The notes below the pieces were generated by a model that saw only the letters and a list, made by a program, of their open reading frames with translations, did no database searches and was not told the DNA's origin. DNA of 40,860 nt from Parachlamydiales bacterium (GTDB taxonomy: Bacteria > Chlamydiota > Chlamydiia > Chlamydiales > Parachlamydiaceae). The position numbers and the translations under genes are program-made. This document shows positions 1-9,165 of the stretch, piece by piece (within the stretch, counting starts at the first letter, position 1; every line of letters starts with the position of its first letter). The stretch spans positions 1 to 40,860 of the forward strand of contig JAGVJG010000135.1 in the NCBI GenBank assembly GCA_020051235.1, written 5' to 3'.

Positions 1-1
1 A

Positions 2-1309
2 GATTCATTATTAAATGCATTAAAGCAGTTGGGCGCCAAAATCGAAGGATGGACCGTACAAGGGCCTATTAAAGGGGGACAAGCTACTGTTGAAGGATAT
101 GATTCCCAATTTGTATCTGCTCTTTTAATAGCTTGTTCATTAGCGGACGGAGATACCGTTTTAACAGTAACTAATCCGGGGGAAAAACCTTGGATCGATT
201 TAACGCTCGATTGGCTTGAAAAAAGAGGAGCAAAAATAAAGCGCGAAGGTTACGAAAAGTATTCTATCAAAGGAAATACGCGCTTCTTAGCACAACCCTA
301 TAAAGTTCCAACCGATTTAAGTTCTCTTGCCTTTCCCGTGGCTGCCTCTTTAATTGTTCCTTCTAATATTCATCTCGAAAATATGATTTGGGATCCTTTG
401 CAAGGGGATCAAAAAGTCTTTTCGTTATGGCAGGAAATGGGCGCGAAATTTGATTTTAAAACTTTGAAAGGTCCGCAAAAATTAAAAGGTATAAAAGCAA
501 ATTTGAACGACTGTATCGATGCGGTTCCCATATTTGCGACGGTAGCTTGTTTTGCGGAAGGTCAAACAATCATTATGGGTGTTGAAGGGGCGAGAAAAAA
601 AGAATCTAATCGTCTTCAAGCTATTTCCTCAGAACTCAACAAAATGGGCGGTGATGTTCAAGAAACTGTCGATGGACTCGTCATTAATCCTCGACCTCTA
701 AAGGGCACACAATTAGAAGCCCATCACGACCATAGAATCGCAATGGCACTTTATGTGGCTGCTTTAGGTGCTAAAGGAAATAGTGTTTTACGTGGCATTG
801 AGTGGATCAAAAAAACTTATCCCACCTTTATCCAAGATTTTAGTCGATTGAGAAGAATATTTTTGACCGGGGCGCCTAATAGTGGAAAGACAAGTGTCGC
901 AAGATTATTAGCGCAAAAATTAAATATGCCCTTTCTAGATACCGACAAAATGTTGGAAGAAAAATTCGGCCAAAGTGTTCGAGATTTACATAAAAGTTGG
1001 GGAGATGCTCGATTTCGTAAAGAAGAACAAATGATGGCTGATTCAATAGCTGATGCGGCGGTTGTGTCTGTTGGAGGAGGTCTAATGGGACCTTTAGATG
1101 GATATAGTATCTATTTGGATGTTCCTTTATCGTTTTTAATCGAAAGGGAAAAAGGAACAAGATCTTACGTTGATTCTGAGAATAGTTTTTCTGAAATCAT
1201 TCAGAATCGAATTCCTCGATATAAAGAAAGAGCGGATCTAACTTTGTCGGTTCATAATCAATCACCTGAGGAAATTACGAATAAAATCCTCGATAGTATT
1301 TATTCTTAA
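2..1309 (+). CDS. aroA: bifunctional EPSP synthase (3-phosphoshikimate 1-carboxyvinyltransferase) / shikimate kinase, 5'-partial
   Basis: The frame is open from the window edge (nt 2), so the 5' end lies outside the window. EPSP-synthase-like sequence (DSQFVSALLIA, HHDHRIAMAL) runs without a stop into a shikimate-kinase domain. That domain has Walker A GAPNSGKT (869-892), then FLDTD and VGGG motifs. Confidence 0.85.
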   Translation, partial: DSLLNALKQLGAKIEGWTVQGPIKGGQATVEGYDSQFVSALLIACSLADGDTVLTVTNPGEKPWIDLTLDWLEKRGAKIKREGYEKYSIKGNTRFLAQPYKVPTDLSSLAFPVAASLIVPSNIHLENMIWDPLQGDQKVFSLWQEMGAKFDFKTLKGPQKLKGIKANLNDCIDAVPIFATVACFAEGQTIIMGVEGARKKESNRLQAISSELNKMGGDVQETVDGLVINPRPLKGTQLEAHHDHRIAMALYVAALGAKGNSVLRGIEWIKKTYPTFIQDFSRLRRIFLTGAPNSGKTSVARLLAQKLNMPFLDTDKMLEEKFGQSVRDLHKSWGDARFRKEEQMMADSIADAAVVSVGGGLMGPLDGYSIYLDVPLSFLIEREKGTRSYVDSENSFSEIIQNRIPRYKERADLTLSVHNQSPEEITNKILDSIYS

Positions 1310-1331
1310 CATTTTATAAAGTGAAATTAAG

Positions 1332-2411
1332 GTGAGCAGCAATTCTTTCGGACGTTTATTTAAAATTACGACCTTCGGTGAGTCGCATGGAAAAGCCGTG
1401 GGTGTTGTCATCGATGGATGTCCGGCCGGTCTTTCCCTAACTCACGAAGAAATCGATTTAGAATTAAAAAAACGCTCCCCCGGCCAATCTCCCTTTACCT
1501 CTCCAAGAAAAGAAGAAGATAAAGTTGAAATCTTATCGGGTTTATTTGAAGGCAAGACAACGGGCGCGCCGATCGCACTGCTGATCGCAAACAAAGATGT
1601 TGACACGAGTAAATATGAGCCCATCAAAGATATTTTACGACCCGGTCATGCAAACTATACTTATTTAGAAAAGTACGGAATCTTCGATTATAGAGGTGGA
1701 GGTCGATCATCGGCCCGAGAAACAGCCGCAAGAGTGGCGGCAGGTGCGGTAGCAAAAAAATTTCTCAGACATTTTGATATTGACGTTCTAGCCTACATTA
1801 AATCGATAGGGCCTGTTACTTCATCTCCCATAGAATTTCAATCGATTGAAAAAAATAGAAATGAAAGTTTTGTCTTTTGCCCTGATAAAGAAGCTTCTAA
1901 GCAAATGGAGACGTTGTTAACAAATGCCAAAGAAGATTCGTTTGGAGGAATTGTTGAATTTCAAACCTCATCATTACCCATTGGTTTGGGCGATCCTATT
2001 TATGAGAAATTAGAAGCGCGACTTGGCTTTGCAATGTTAAGTCTCCCAGCGACTAAAGGTTTTGAAATAGGGAATGGTTTCAAAGCCGCTTCTATGAAGG
2101 GATCCGAACATAATGATGCTTTTGAAGTAAATGAAGGTAAAATTGGACTTTCGTCTAATCAAGCCGGCGGAACTTTAGGGGGCATTACTAGTGGAGAGCC
2201 GGTTATCGCGAGAGTCGCTTTCAAGCCCACCTCAAGTATTAGAATACCTCAAAAATCATCCACTTTAGATGGAAAAGAAACGATTTTTGAACTTCCTGCC
2301 GGATCACGTCATGATCCATGTGTGGCAATAAGAGGAGTTTTCGTCGTAGAAGCTATGGCTGCGCTCGTTCTTGCTGATTTTCTTTTATCACGTAGGCTTG
2401 ATCGTCTATGA
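1332..2411 (+). CDS. aroC: chorismate synthase
   Basis: GTG start. Canonical motifs are present (FGESHG, RPGHANYTY, GGGRSSARETAARVAAGA, GSRHDPCV), and the 359-aa length is typical. Confidence 0.92.
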   Translation: MSSNSFGRLFKITTFGESHGKAVGVVIDGCPAGLSLTHEEIDLELKKRSPGQSPFTSPRKEEDKVEILSGLFEGKTTGAPIALLIANKDVDTSKYEPIKDILRPGHANYTYLEKYGIFDYRGGGRSSARETAARVAAGAVAKKFLRHFDIDVLAYIKSIGPVTSSPIEFQSIEKNRNESFVFCPDKEASKQMETLLTNAKEDSFGGIVEFQTSSLPIGLGDPIYEKLEARLGFAMLSLPATKGFEIGNGFKAASMKGSEHNDAFEVNEGKIGLSSNQAGGTLGGITSGEPVIARVAFKPTSSIRIPQKSSTLDGKETIFELPAGSRHDPCVAIRGVFVVEAMAALVLADFLLSRRLDRL

Positions 2412-3325
2412 AATATGCGGTTCTAGCAGATAAGCAAGTAAGATCGATCGGCGATGAAATTGCAAAAAAATATGGCGCTCCTCTGATATTGTTTGAAGGG
2501 GGAGAAAAAAATAAAACTCGTGAACAAAAGGCTCTTCTTGAAGACGCTCTTTTCTTGAAAGGGTTAAGTCGTCAATCCACTTTAATTGTTGTAGGTGGAG
2601 GCGTAACTACTGATATCGGGGGTTTTATAGCGGCGACTTTTTGTAGAGGGATCCCTTGGATCTGTGTTCCCACCTCATTACTCGCGATGGTCGACGCTTC
2701 AATTGGCGGAAAAACGGGTGTAGATACCCCCTTTGGAAAAAATTTAATCGGCGCCTTTCATCCTCCTGAACAAATTATCATCAATCTCGAATTTTTACGC
2801 GCCCTCCCCAAAAAAGAAATCAGAAACGGCTTAGTGGAGATGATCAAACATGGCTTGATCCGTAGCCGTGAGCATTTTGATCTGATCCGCACCCATTTGG
2901 ATGATTTATTCGAAATAAAGCCCATCCTCGCTAAAGCGATTGAGCAAAGCATTGCGATCAAACAAAAAGTGGTTGATGAAGATCAGAGAGAGCAGGGGAT
3001 TAGCCGACATCTTTTAAACTTTGGTCATACTGTGGGTCATGCCATTGAGACGGAATCGGATTACAAAATTTCTCATGGTGAAGCGGTTGGAATAGGGATT
3101 CTCGCTGAGATTAAACTAGCCGGCCAAGATTATCCGGAAGTGAATGACTTATTTAAGAAATTAGACATTCAAATTCCTAAACTCAATCACGAAAAACTCT
3201 GGCAAATTATGCTCGCCGATAAAAAGACGAAAGAGGGCGTTCCACAAATGGTCAAGCTTAAGCAAATAGGGGAGGCCGAATCTTTCCTAGTCCCCATCGA
3301 TTTCGAATCCTTCAAAAAAATCTAG
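2408..3325 (+). CDS. aroB: 3-dehydroquinate synthase (compact, 305 aa)
   Basis: ATGA start/stop overlap with aroC. AroB motifs are present: GGGVTTDIGGFIAATFCRGIPWICVPTSLLAMVDASIGGKTGV, KNLIGAFHPP, FGHTVGHAIE, HGEAVGIG. It is shorter than the typical ~360 aa. Confidence 0.85.
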   Translation: MKYAVLADKQVRSIGDEIAKKYGAPLILFEGGEKNKTREQKALLEDALFLKGLSRQSTLIVVGGGVTTDIGGFIAATFCRGIPWICVPTSLLAMVDASIGGKTGVDTPFGKNLIGAFHPPEQIIINLEFLRALPKKEIRNGLVEMIKHGLIRSREHFDLIRTHLDDLFEIKPILAKAIEQSIAIKQKVVDEDQREQGISRHLLNFGHTVGHAIETESDYKISHGEAVGIGILAEIKLAGQDYPEVNDLFKKLDIQIPKLNHEKLWQIMLADKKTKEGVPQMVKLKQIGEAESFLVPIDFESFKKI

Positions 3326-3406
3326 AGACTCCGTATTCATTAGATTTTTTTGTACACAAAGAGCAACAGGAAGAAGGGCAACAGAAGAACACCAAGAGAC
3401 TCGCCA
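3326..3406. repeat. left arm of long inverted repeat (palindromic element, copy 1)
   Basis: About 85% reverse-complementary to 3830-3908 over ~78 nt. Core: AGACTCCGTATTC.TTAGATTTTTTGTACACAAAGAGCAACAGGAAGA. It starts 1 nt after the aroB stop codon. Confidence 0.8.
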
Positions 3407-3436
3407 TTCATTTCTTCAAAAAAGAGGTGTTGTAAC

Positions 3437-3730
3437 TTATAAAGAGGATGGTTTCATTATCTTAGCCTTTCGTTTAGCTAATCTAGGCTTTCTAGTATTC
3501 CATCCTGCATCTTCAATTGCTTGTTTGATTGGAACTAATTCTTGTTCATTAAGGTTATGAAGTCTATTGGCCGCTTTTTTAGCGAGCAACATGTCTTCTT
3601 CTTCGTTGATAGCTTTTTTAATAACTTCTTTCAGGAAGGAAGTGACAGTTATTCCTTTCTTTGCACAAAGCATTTTTAAGTATTTGATCTCAACAGATTC
3701 AAGATTTATTCTTAATCTATTTTTATCCAT
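3437..3730 (-). CDS. ribbon-helix-helix (CopG/RelB-ParD-type) antitoxin-like DNA-binding protein, no partner toxin
   Basis: The N-terminus looks like an RHH fold: RLRINL strand, then helices VEIKYLKMLCAKKGITVTSFLKEVIKKAI. The C-terminal segment EEDMLLAKKAANRL...AIEDAGW resembles antitoxins that partner RelE/ParE toxins. No downstream toxin ORF exists. The gene lies between the two repeat arms. Confidence 0.6.
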   Translation of the reverse strand: MDKNRLRINLESVEIKYLKMLCAKKGITVTSFLKEVIKKAINEEEDMLLAKKAANRLHNLNEQELVPIKQAIEDAGWNTRKPRLAKRKAKIMKPSSL

Positions 3731-3734
3731 AAGT

Positions 3735-3766
3735 ATTATATAAAATTTTGTGTTTTATTTTGACAA
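3735..3766 (-). promoter_or_regulatory. putative sigma70-like promoter of the RHH gene (near-leaderless transcript)
   Basis: On the minus strand, TTGTCA (3761-3766) is followed by an 18-nt spacer and TATATA (3737-3742), or TATAAT at 3735-3740 with a 20-nt spacer. The -10 lies only ~6 nt upstream of the ATG at 3730, and there is no SD sequence. Confidence 0.3.
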
Positions 3767-3829
3767 GAGAGAAGAGGTGATTCTTTGTATATTATATTCT
3801 TTGTGAATAACAACACATGTTATTGAACA

Positions 3830-3908
3830 GTGAATCTCTTAGTGCTCTTCTGTTGTTATCTTCCTGTTGCTCTTTGTGTACAAAAAATCTAAAGAATACG
3901 GAGTCTGC
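3830..3908. repeat. right arm of long inverted repeat (palindromic element, copy 1)
   Basis: Reverse complement of 3326-3406. It ends ~10 nt before the stop codon of the convergent methyltransferase gene. Confidence 0.8.
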
Positions 3909-3913
3909 TCCGT
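3898..3913 (-). terminator. possible short hairpin terminator after the methyltransferase gene
   Basis: ACGGAG-tctg-CTCCGT forms a 6-bp stem with a 4-nt loop, 4 nt after the stop on the minus strand. A U-rich tract follows (AUUCUUUAGAUUUUUU) but is not immediately adjacent. Confidence 0.25.
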
Positions 3914-3917
3914 GAGC

Positions 3918-4823
3918 TTACATTAAGCCGCCCATGGTGTGGGTGGAGATGCGGTGGTGGAGCACTTCGGCAGCTGGGACGTTTAAGTATACGCTGTTTC
4001 TTTGGAAGCGATAACGAGCGAAGAACTCTTCTTTTTGTTCGGTAATGCTATCGATGTTGGCTTTTTCTTTTGCATTCATGAATAGTTTACGGATGGCAGT
4101 AACGAATCGGTATTGGAAGTAGGAAACTATTCCGTTGTTGTTTGTAAGATCCTTATATTTTGCGATAAACTTTGTAACCATTTCAGCAGGGAAAGCGTTT
4201 AAGGGGAGTCCGGATACAACGTAGTCGTATTTACCCTTATGTTCTAAAATATCCCCTTCAATGATGGTAACATTTTTAATGTGACCATATCGTTTTCGAA
4301 GGATTTCACAGAACTTAGGATCGAATTCTACGACGGTAAGCGTGTCATGAGGGTTCATTCTTTTGAGGATTTTAGCTGTAAATACACCTGTTCCTGCACC
4401 AATTTCAATTATTTTTCTGGGAGCCGCGTTTAGATCTTTAGGGATATTATGAACTATTTCTTTGGCTAGGCCAGTTGAGCTAGGTAGAATTGCACCTGTC
4501 TCGATCGGATGGCGAATAAAATTCATGACAAATCCAAATTTTTCGGCAATAGATTCAAAGATAGTCTGATTTTTAAAATTCATGCCACTTTCAATTCTTA
4601 TGACTTTTCTTTCAACCGCACGACCTTGAACAAATTCACTTGCTTTTGCACTCGGCTTTGATGCGGCAAACTTGAAAAGAGCCTCTTCATCCACCCATAC
4701 GCCTGAAATAAAGTAATGAATTAAGCGGTTCATTTTACCTTGTAAACTGCCTTTTTCTTCTGGGAAAAAGGTGTTTAATTGCTCTTTATTGAACAATGAA
4801 AAATCTTTAATTATTGGGTTCAT
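3918..4823 (-). CDS. class I SAM-dependent methyltransferase (COG3963 / phospholipid N-methyltransferase-like) with ~100-aa N-terminal extension
   Basis: ETGAILPSSTGLAKEIV followed by motif I IIEIGAGTGVFTAKIL and VVEFD matches the COG3963-type pattern from memory. I prefer the ATG at 4823 (MNPIIKD). The ORF-track start (GTG at 4844) adds only an AT-rich FYNYYY stretch. Confidence 0.6.
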   Translation of the reverse strand: MNPIIKDFSLFNKEQLNTFFPEEKGSLQGKMNRLIHYFISGVWVDEEALFKFAASKPSAKASEFVQGRAVERKVIRIESGMNFKNQTIFESIAEKFGFVMNFIRHPIETGAILPSSTGLAKEIVHNIPKDLNAAPRKIIEIGAGTGVFTAKILKRMNPHDTLTVVEFDPKFCEILRKRYGHIKNVTIIEGDILEHKGKYDYVVSGLPLNAFPAEMVTKFIAKYKDLTNNNGIVSYFQYRFVTAIRKLFMNAKEKANIDSITEQKEEFFARYRFQRNSVYLNVPAAEVLHHRISTHTMGGLM

Positions 4824-4955
4824 ATAATAATAATTATAAAACACAAATTTTAAGATTATATTAATGTTTTGTATGTATAAAAATAATTTTAAAACATTTG
4901 TTGTTCGTCAAATATTAAGATTAAGTTAATATTTTACCTCTAGTGATCGAAGACA

Positions 4956-4964
4956 TGGTAAAAT
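4956..4964 (+). promoter_or_regulatory. putative extended -10 (TGgTAAAAT) promoter for the ten-gene array
   Basis: TGGTAAAAT lies 24 nt upstream of the ATG at 4988. An AGGTG RBS sits at 4979-4983. The -35 is poor. The motif lies in the 143-bp AT-rich divergent intergenic region. Confidence 0.25.
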
Positions 4965-4987
4965 GAGTTGTTTAAAACAGGTGTTTT

Positions 4988-5821
4988 ATGAAAGTTCAAT
5001 ATAGTCTATTTGCGGTTGTTAATGAGAAATATATAGATTTCAATGCAGGTCATGGAAAGGATGCGAACATCATTTCAGCTTTGGAGGCATTAAATCTAAC
5101 ATCAACAACTATTCAGAGTGCGGACAATTATTCCCTCGTAGCTAGGAAGCTGGTTCAAAAGTATGAAAGTAATAGAACCTGGAAAGAGAAAGTTGTAGAT
5201 TTCTTTAAACATTTGATTTGTATCACCACAGAATATGATTATGTTCAATCGCTTGAAAACTCCATCAGGAGAAATAAGCATGTAGAAGCTGTTCCTGTTG
5301 AAGAAAAAGCCCGCTCGTTATTAGTTGGAGCAAATCTCGCTCCTTCAACCGATGATGATGAAGCGGTCTATTTGGCTTATACTCATCAACCAAGTGAACA
5401 GTTATTATATCGTTTATCATCCCAGGGCAAAGATAAATACATTCCTGAGATCATAAACAATCGATTCCGTTATGATGTCGATGCAGCAAGAAAATTGCTT
5501 AACTTTATGAATCCAGGCAAAGCCCATACAAAGGCAGTAAAGGAAATTTTATCAGACAGATTTAGTTTTGAATATATGTATTGCTTGGCAAATGTCGAAC
5601 AGTCCGCTAGAGCTGAGTTGATAAACTTGTTTATTGATCAAGCAATTGCAGAAATAAAAATGTCAAGTCGGCCTAAGGATTCATTAACTAATACATTTTA
5701 TAAACTTAAAGAATTGGGCGCGACTAAAGACGGCCTTACTCTATTTGCTAAAGAAATCGAGATCGTAATTACTGATTACGATGCGAACCAACTCAAAACC
5801 TTTTTAGAGAAGTGGGTATGA
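4988..5821 (+). CDS. array gene 1: hypothetical protein, family 1 (N-terminal DFFKHLxCxTTEYD module)
   Basis: 277-aa ORF with an AGGTG RBS. The motif DFFKHLICITTEYD is encoded at 5198-5239. The C-terminus is helical and unassigned. Confidence 0.75.
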   Translation: MKVQYSLFAVVNEKYIDFNAGHGKDANIISALEALNLTSTTIQSADNYSLVARKLVQKYESNRTWKEKVVDFFKHLICITTEYDYVQSLENSIRRNKHVEAVPVEEKARSLLVGANLAPSTDDDEAVYLAYTHQPSEQLLYRLSSQGKDKYIPEIINNRFRYDVDAARKLLNFMNPGKAHTKAVKEILSDRFSFEYMYCLANVEQSARAELINLFIDQAIAEIKMSSRPKDSLTNTFYKLKELGATKDGLTLFAKEIEIVITDYDANQLKTFLEKWV

Positions 5822-7326
5822 CGCACTTATATCTGCATGCTACAGAAGGAAATATCACCCACTTAGTTTATAACAAGGTGCCCCTCAAAGGTGAGGGCCG
5901 CGCGCTTAAAACTTTGCAAACCCTTGCTAATGCCCGTATTTTAAATTACGACGATCTTAATCAAAAGCCGACTGCTTTAATGCAAAAGGCAGCAGAAGAT
6001 GTAAAAGGGTGGTATGAGGCGCGGCGTAGCTGCTTTTCGGTTATTCGTGACTTTTTTGCTCATTTATTTTGCATGACAACAGAATATGACAAGATCATTG
6101 ATTTAGTTGCTAAAATTAAAGCTTTCAATGCCTACACCATTCACGATTACGCAAATCGTGTTTTTGATCAGCTGATGGTTTGTCCGGCTTTTAATAGTTG
6201 TGATGAGAAAGTTGCAAAGTTAGACGATAGCATTAAAAAAGAAGTGGCTGAACGTCTATATGGTTTGGCGGTGATGGGAGGTAAATATAATATAGCTGAA
6301 AAGTTACTGAAATTTTGCGATCCCGATAAAGAAATCAATCTGATCAAAACTTATAGAAATTACAATGAGTTTGACCGAATTAATGCCCTTCTTCCTCGTT
6401 TAACTGTCGGTAAAGCAGAAGCTGAACAATGTCTTCTTGAAGAAATGGTGAGAAAAATTCATCAAAACCGCATTCCTTCTTACGAAGTGTTAGCAAATTA
6501 CGATGATAATCTCACAATAAAATACATAACTAAGAGAGTCGACGAACTAATTGCAAGGAAAGAATTCAAAGATCGTTTATTTGAGAATCCGATTTTTTAT
6601 TTGCGAAAAGAACTAGTTGCTAATCCTGAGTTTGTAAGACTTTTAGCTCGCTATAACGAAGCAAAACAGGTCGAAGAAAGAGTAATCAAAGAGAAAGAAG
6701 AGATAGCTCAAAATCGCGATTCGAAAGCTAAAGAAATTGTTAATTCATATGATTTTAATACGATTATTAATCTAATTGATGAATCCAATTTCATAGACAC
6801 TAAAGAATTGAAGGAAAGAGTCTGTTTTTTTGCCTTTAATAAAGCATTAACTGAAAAAGATCTTCACTCCGCTTATAGATTTTGGAAGATTAGTACAAGT
6901 TTACCATCGCTTCACTTGGAAGACGCGGTAATTGCTAATAATTTAGCTGTAATTCCGTTAGAAGATATAAGTAAGTTTATTGATAAAAGAAAGCTGAGTT
7001 GGCTTTTAGTCAAAGATAAATTGGCAAATGGTAAATACAATTACATTCTCCCGAAAGATTTGAATTTAATAGAAGTAAGAGATTATTTCGAGGCGCTTAT
7101 TTCCGATCCCTCGGTAAAGGGTTTGGACGATAAATCAAAGTCATTAGTTAAAACTCAATTAACAGCCTTTGTAGAAACTTTAAAAGCCTATAATGGACAA
7201 ATAGAGAAATATAGAGAGCTTTTCAAAAAAGATAAATACCATACGAGTATTCCTATGGATGTATGTAGCTATCTAAATAAAGAGCCAATTATCAATGTGT
7301 ACGAGGAATTTATACGCACTTTATGA
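5818..7326 (+). CDS. array gene 2: hypothetical protein, family 1
   Basis: ATGA overlap with gene 1 (ATG at 5818; the track start at 5812 is a GTG). The motif DFFAHLFCMTTEYD is at 6049-6090. The N-terminal ~95 aa are closely similar to gene 3. Confidence 0.75.
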   Translation: MTHLYLHATEGNITHLVYNKVPLKGEGRALKTLQTLANARILNYDDLNQKPTALMQKAAEDVKGWYEARRSCFSVIRDFFAHLFCMTTEYDKIIDLVAKIKAFNAYTIHDYANRVFDQLMVCPAFNSCDEKVAKLDDSIKKEVAERLYGLAVMGGKYNIAEKLLKFCDPDKEINLIKTYRNYNEFDRINALLPRLTVGKAEAEQCLLEEMVRKIHQNRIPSYEVLANYDDNLTIKYITKRVDELIARKEFKDRLFENPIFYLRKELVANPEFVRLLARYNEAKQVEERVIKEKEEIAQNRDSKAKEIVNSYDFNTIINLIDESNFIDTKELKERVCFFAFNKALTEKDLHSAYRFWKISTSLPSLHLEDAVIANNLAVIPLEDISKFIDKRKLSWLLVKDKLANGKYNYILPKDLNLIEVRDYFEALISDPSVKGLDDKSKSLVKTQLTAFVETLKAYNGQIEKYRELFKKDKYHTSIPMDVCSYLNKEPIINVYEEFIRTL

Positions 7327-9068
7327 CCCATAACTATTTACACGTTACGCACAACGGCAGCAAAACTTGTCTTCAATATTCTCATGAGAAAATTGAAGGA
7401 TCGGGACGGGCTTATAAAACCTTGAAAGCAATAGCCGAGGCGTCTGAAATCGAAGGGGATTCTATTACAGCTGCCGCTCAAGTGAAAAAGTGGTACGAAG
7501 AAAGAAGAACTTGCTTTTCAGCTATAAGAGATTTTTTTGCTCACCTTATTTGTCTAACGACGGAATATGACAAAATTCAAGTGCTTTTCAATACGATAAA
7601 GAAGAAACAGCCCGAAGTAAAAAAGCCTAATGTAGATTTAGACGGTGCTTTTCAGAACATCATTCAGGGAAAAGTAAGCACTTCTAGTGTTACTTATAAA
7701 CTTAATGATACTGAAAAACAGCAGTTGAGCACTCGACTCTTTTATCATTATATCATTACCAAAGATGTTGAGAAGGCTTATTCCTTCCTTTTAGACGAGC
7801 AAAGTCCCAAACTTCTCGAACCTTCTATAGAAACGGCAAGCGCTATCAATTCATTGTCTCAAGAACTTGCTACACTCATTATTAAAGATTCTTTCGTTCC
7901 TGAAGATAAAGTGCTTATAGAGATCATGTTTCTCTATTATTGTCATAAAGAAAGTTTTTCTGCTGCCTACAACCTCTATTGTCAAACTAAACTGAAGTTA
8001 ATTAGCCTCAAACTTGAGTTAGATTACCTAATGCTTGGAGATAAAGTTCTTAAGAAACGAGATGGATCCATCTTTGATTTAGAGTTCATGCAAAGACTAT
8101 TTAATACTGAACAACACTATCAACTACATATCGAATATCGATTTTCTAATGGCTGCAACTTTGAGTACCCAAGAGGAGAAGTGAATCGTCCTTTATATTT
8201 TAAACTTCTCAAAAAGTATTTAAGCGAGAGATTGGAACAAATTCAAAATGTTCGTTCTTTAATTGATCAGTTTAATCGATTTGCAGATGAGCTTAAGGAA
8301 TCAGACCAGGGAGAATATCGTGCCTTTGCAGCTTCTCTTAAACAGTTTGATAAAGAGCCCGTTCCAGTGCAAACGCCTGCACCTGAAACTAAAGCCAATG
8401 CCTCTGAAACATCATTTGATATTTGCCTAAGTTTTGATCGTTTAGAAGGGGCAGAAATATTATTGCGAAACAAGCAAGTGGGTGAAAATAAACGGATAGA
8501 ATTACTTGAGAAATATTTTTATAAAGGTGATGTCGAAAGAATAGAATTTCATTATTCTCAATTGTCTGATAACTCTAAAGCCCTTTATAAAGAGCGTTTT
8601 GAACTATATTTAAATGAATGTGCCTCAAACTTTGTTAAAAACACTGATGTATTAGGACCAATTAATAAATTAGAGAGCAGTCCCAGATTATATAATCGTA
8701 TTCTTCAAATATTTTTTAGCGAAAATTTGAAGGACGGTAAATATCTAATTAAAAATCCTCGTCCTGATTCAGGGGTTAATATTGTCATGTATAATGGAGC
8801 TTTACATGACTTTCTTTTGGAGAATTTAGATAAATTAACCGATTCTGAAAGTATATCCACACTTTCAAAACAATTTGGAACCTTAGGTGAAATCTTAAGG
8901 AGGAAGCATGAGCACCCCTTGTATCCCATCTACACATTAGGAAACACTCAGAATAAACAATCACTTTTAGATTTGAATCCTGATCTCGCTTCTTATTTAG
9001 AAATTGTAAAGCGTAAGGATGAGTTTTTATATCTCTCTGAGCAACTCAAGAAGAAAATCAAATCATAA
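7323..9068 (+). CDS. array gene 3: hypothetical protein, family 1
   Basis: ATGA overlap with gene 2. The motif DFFAHLICLTTEYD is at 7530-7571. A Pro-rich linker (EPVPVQTPAPE) lies mid-protein. 581 aa. Confidence 0.75.
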   Translation: MTHNYLHVTHNGSKTCLQYSHEKIEGSGRAYKTLKAIAEASEIEGDSITAAAQVKKWYEERRTCFSAIRDFFAHLICLTTEYDKIQVLFNTIKKKQPEVKKPNVDLDGAFQNIIQGKVSTSSVTYKLNDTEKQQLSTRLFYHYIITKDVEKAYSFLLDEQSPKLLEPSIETASAINSLSQELATLIIKDSFVPEDKVLIEIMFLYYCHKESFSAAYNLYCQTKLKLISLKLELDYLMLGDKVLKKRDGSIFDLEFMQRLFNTEQHYQLHIEYRFSNGCNFEYPRGEVNRPLYFKLLKKYLSERLEQIQNVRSLIDQFNRFADELKESDQGEYRAFAASLKQFDKEPVPVQTPAPETKANASETSFDICLSFDRLEGAEILLRNKQVGENKRIELLEKYFYKGDVERIEFHYSQLSDNSKALYKERFELYLNECASNFVKNTDVLGPINKLESSPRLYNRILQIFFSENLKDGKYLIKNPRPDSGVNIVMYNGALHDFLLENLDKLTDSESISTLSKQFGTLGEILRRKHEHPLYPIYTLGNTQNKQSLLDLNPDLASYLEIVKRKDEFLYLSEQLKKKIKS

Positions 9069-9165
9069 CTTTGGGTAGTAAGAAAATAAGTGCAAATATG
9101 GATGGTTTGTTAAGAACGCGTTAATTTTAGCCCTATAACCCCTTTTAAAATGTTAAAATATTATT

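Noticed and set aside
2408-3325. Short AroB (305 aa), NagA (320 aa, 17747-18709) and HI0933 protein (349 aa, 26257-27306) as possible pseudogenes or truncations
   Set aside because: All are uninterrupted ORFs that retain the diagnostic catalytic and cofactor motifs and have tightly coupled starts. They look like compact but intact genes.
3806-3824. Inverted repeat AATAACA-acaca-TGTTATT as an operator for the RHH protein
   Set aside because: It lies ~40 bp upstream of the putative -35 and does not overlap the promoter. It is short and AT-rich, so a chance occurrence is plausible.
9069-9165. Small RNA or terminator in the only sizeable gap inside the array
   Set aside because: There is no convincing stem-loop plus U-tract. 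Only the 8-bp palindrome AACGCGTT is present, and no conserved structure is evident. The gap more likely holds an internal promoter and RBS region.
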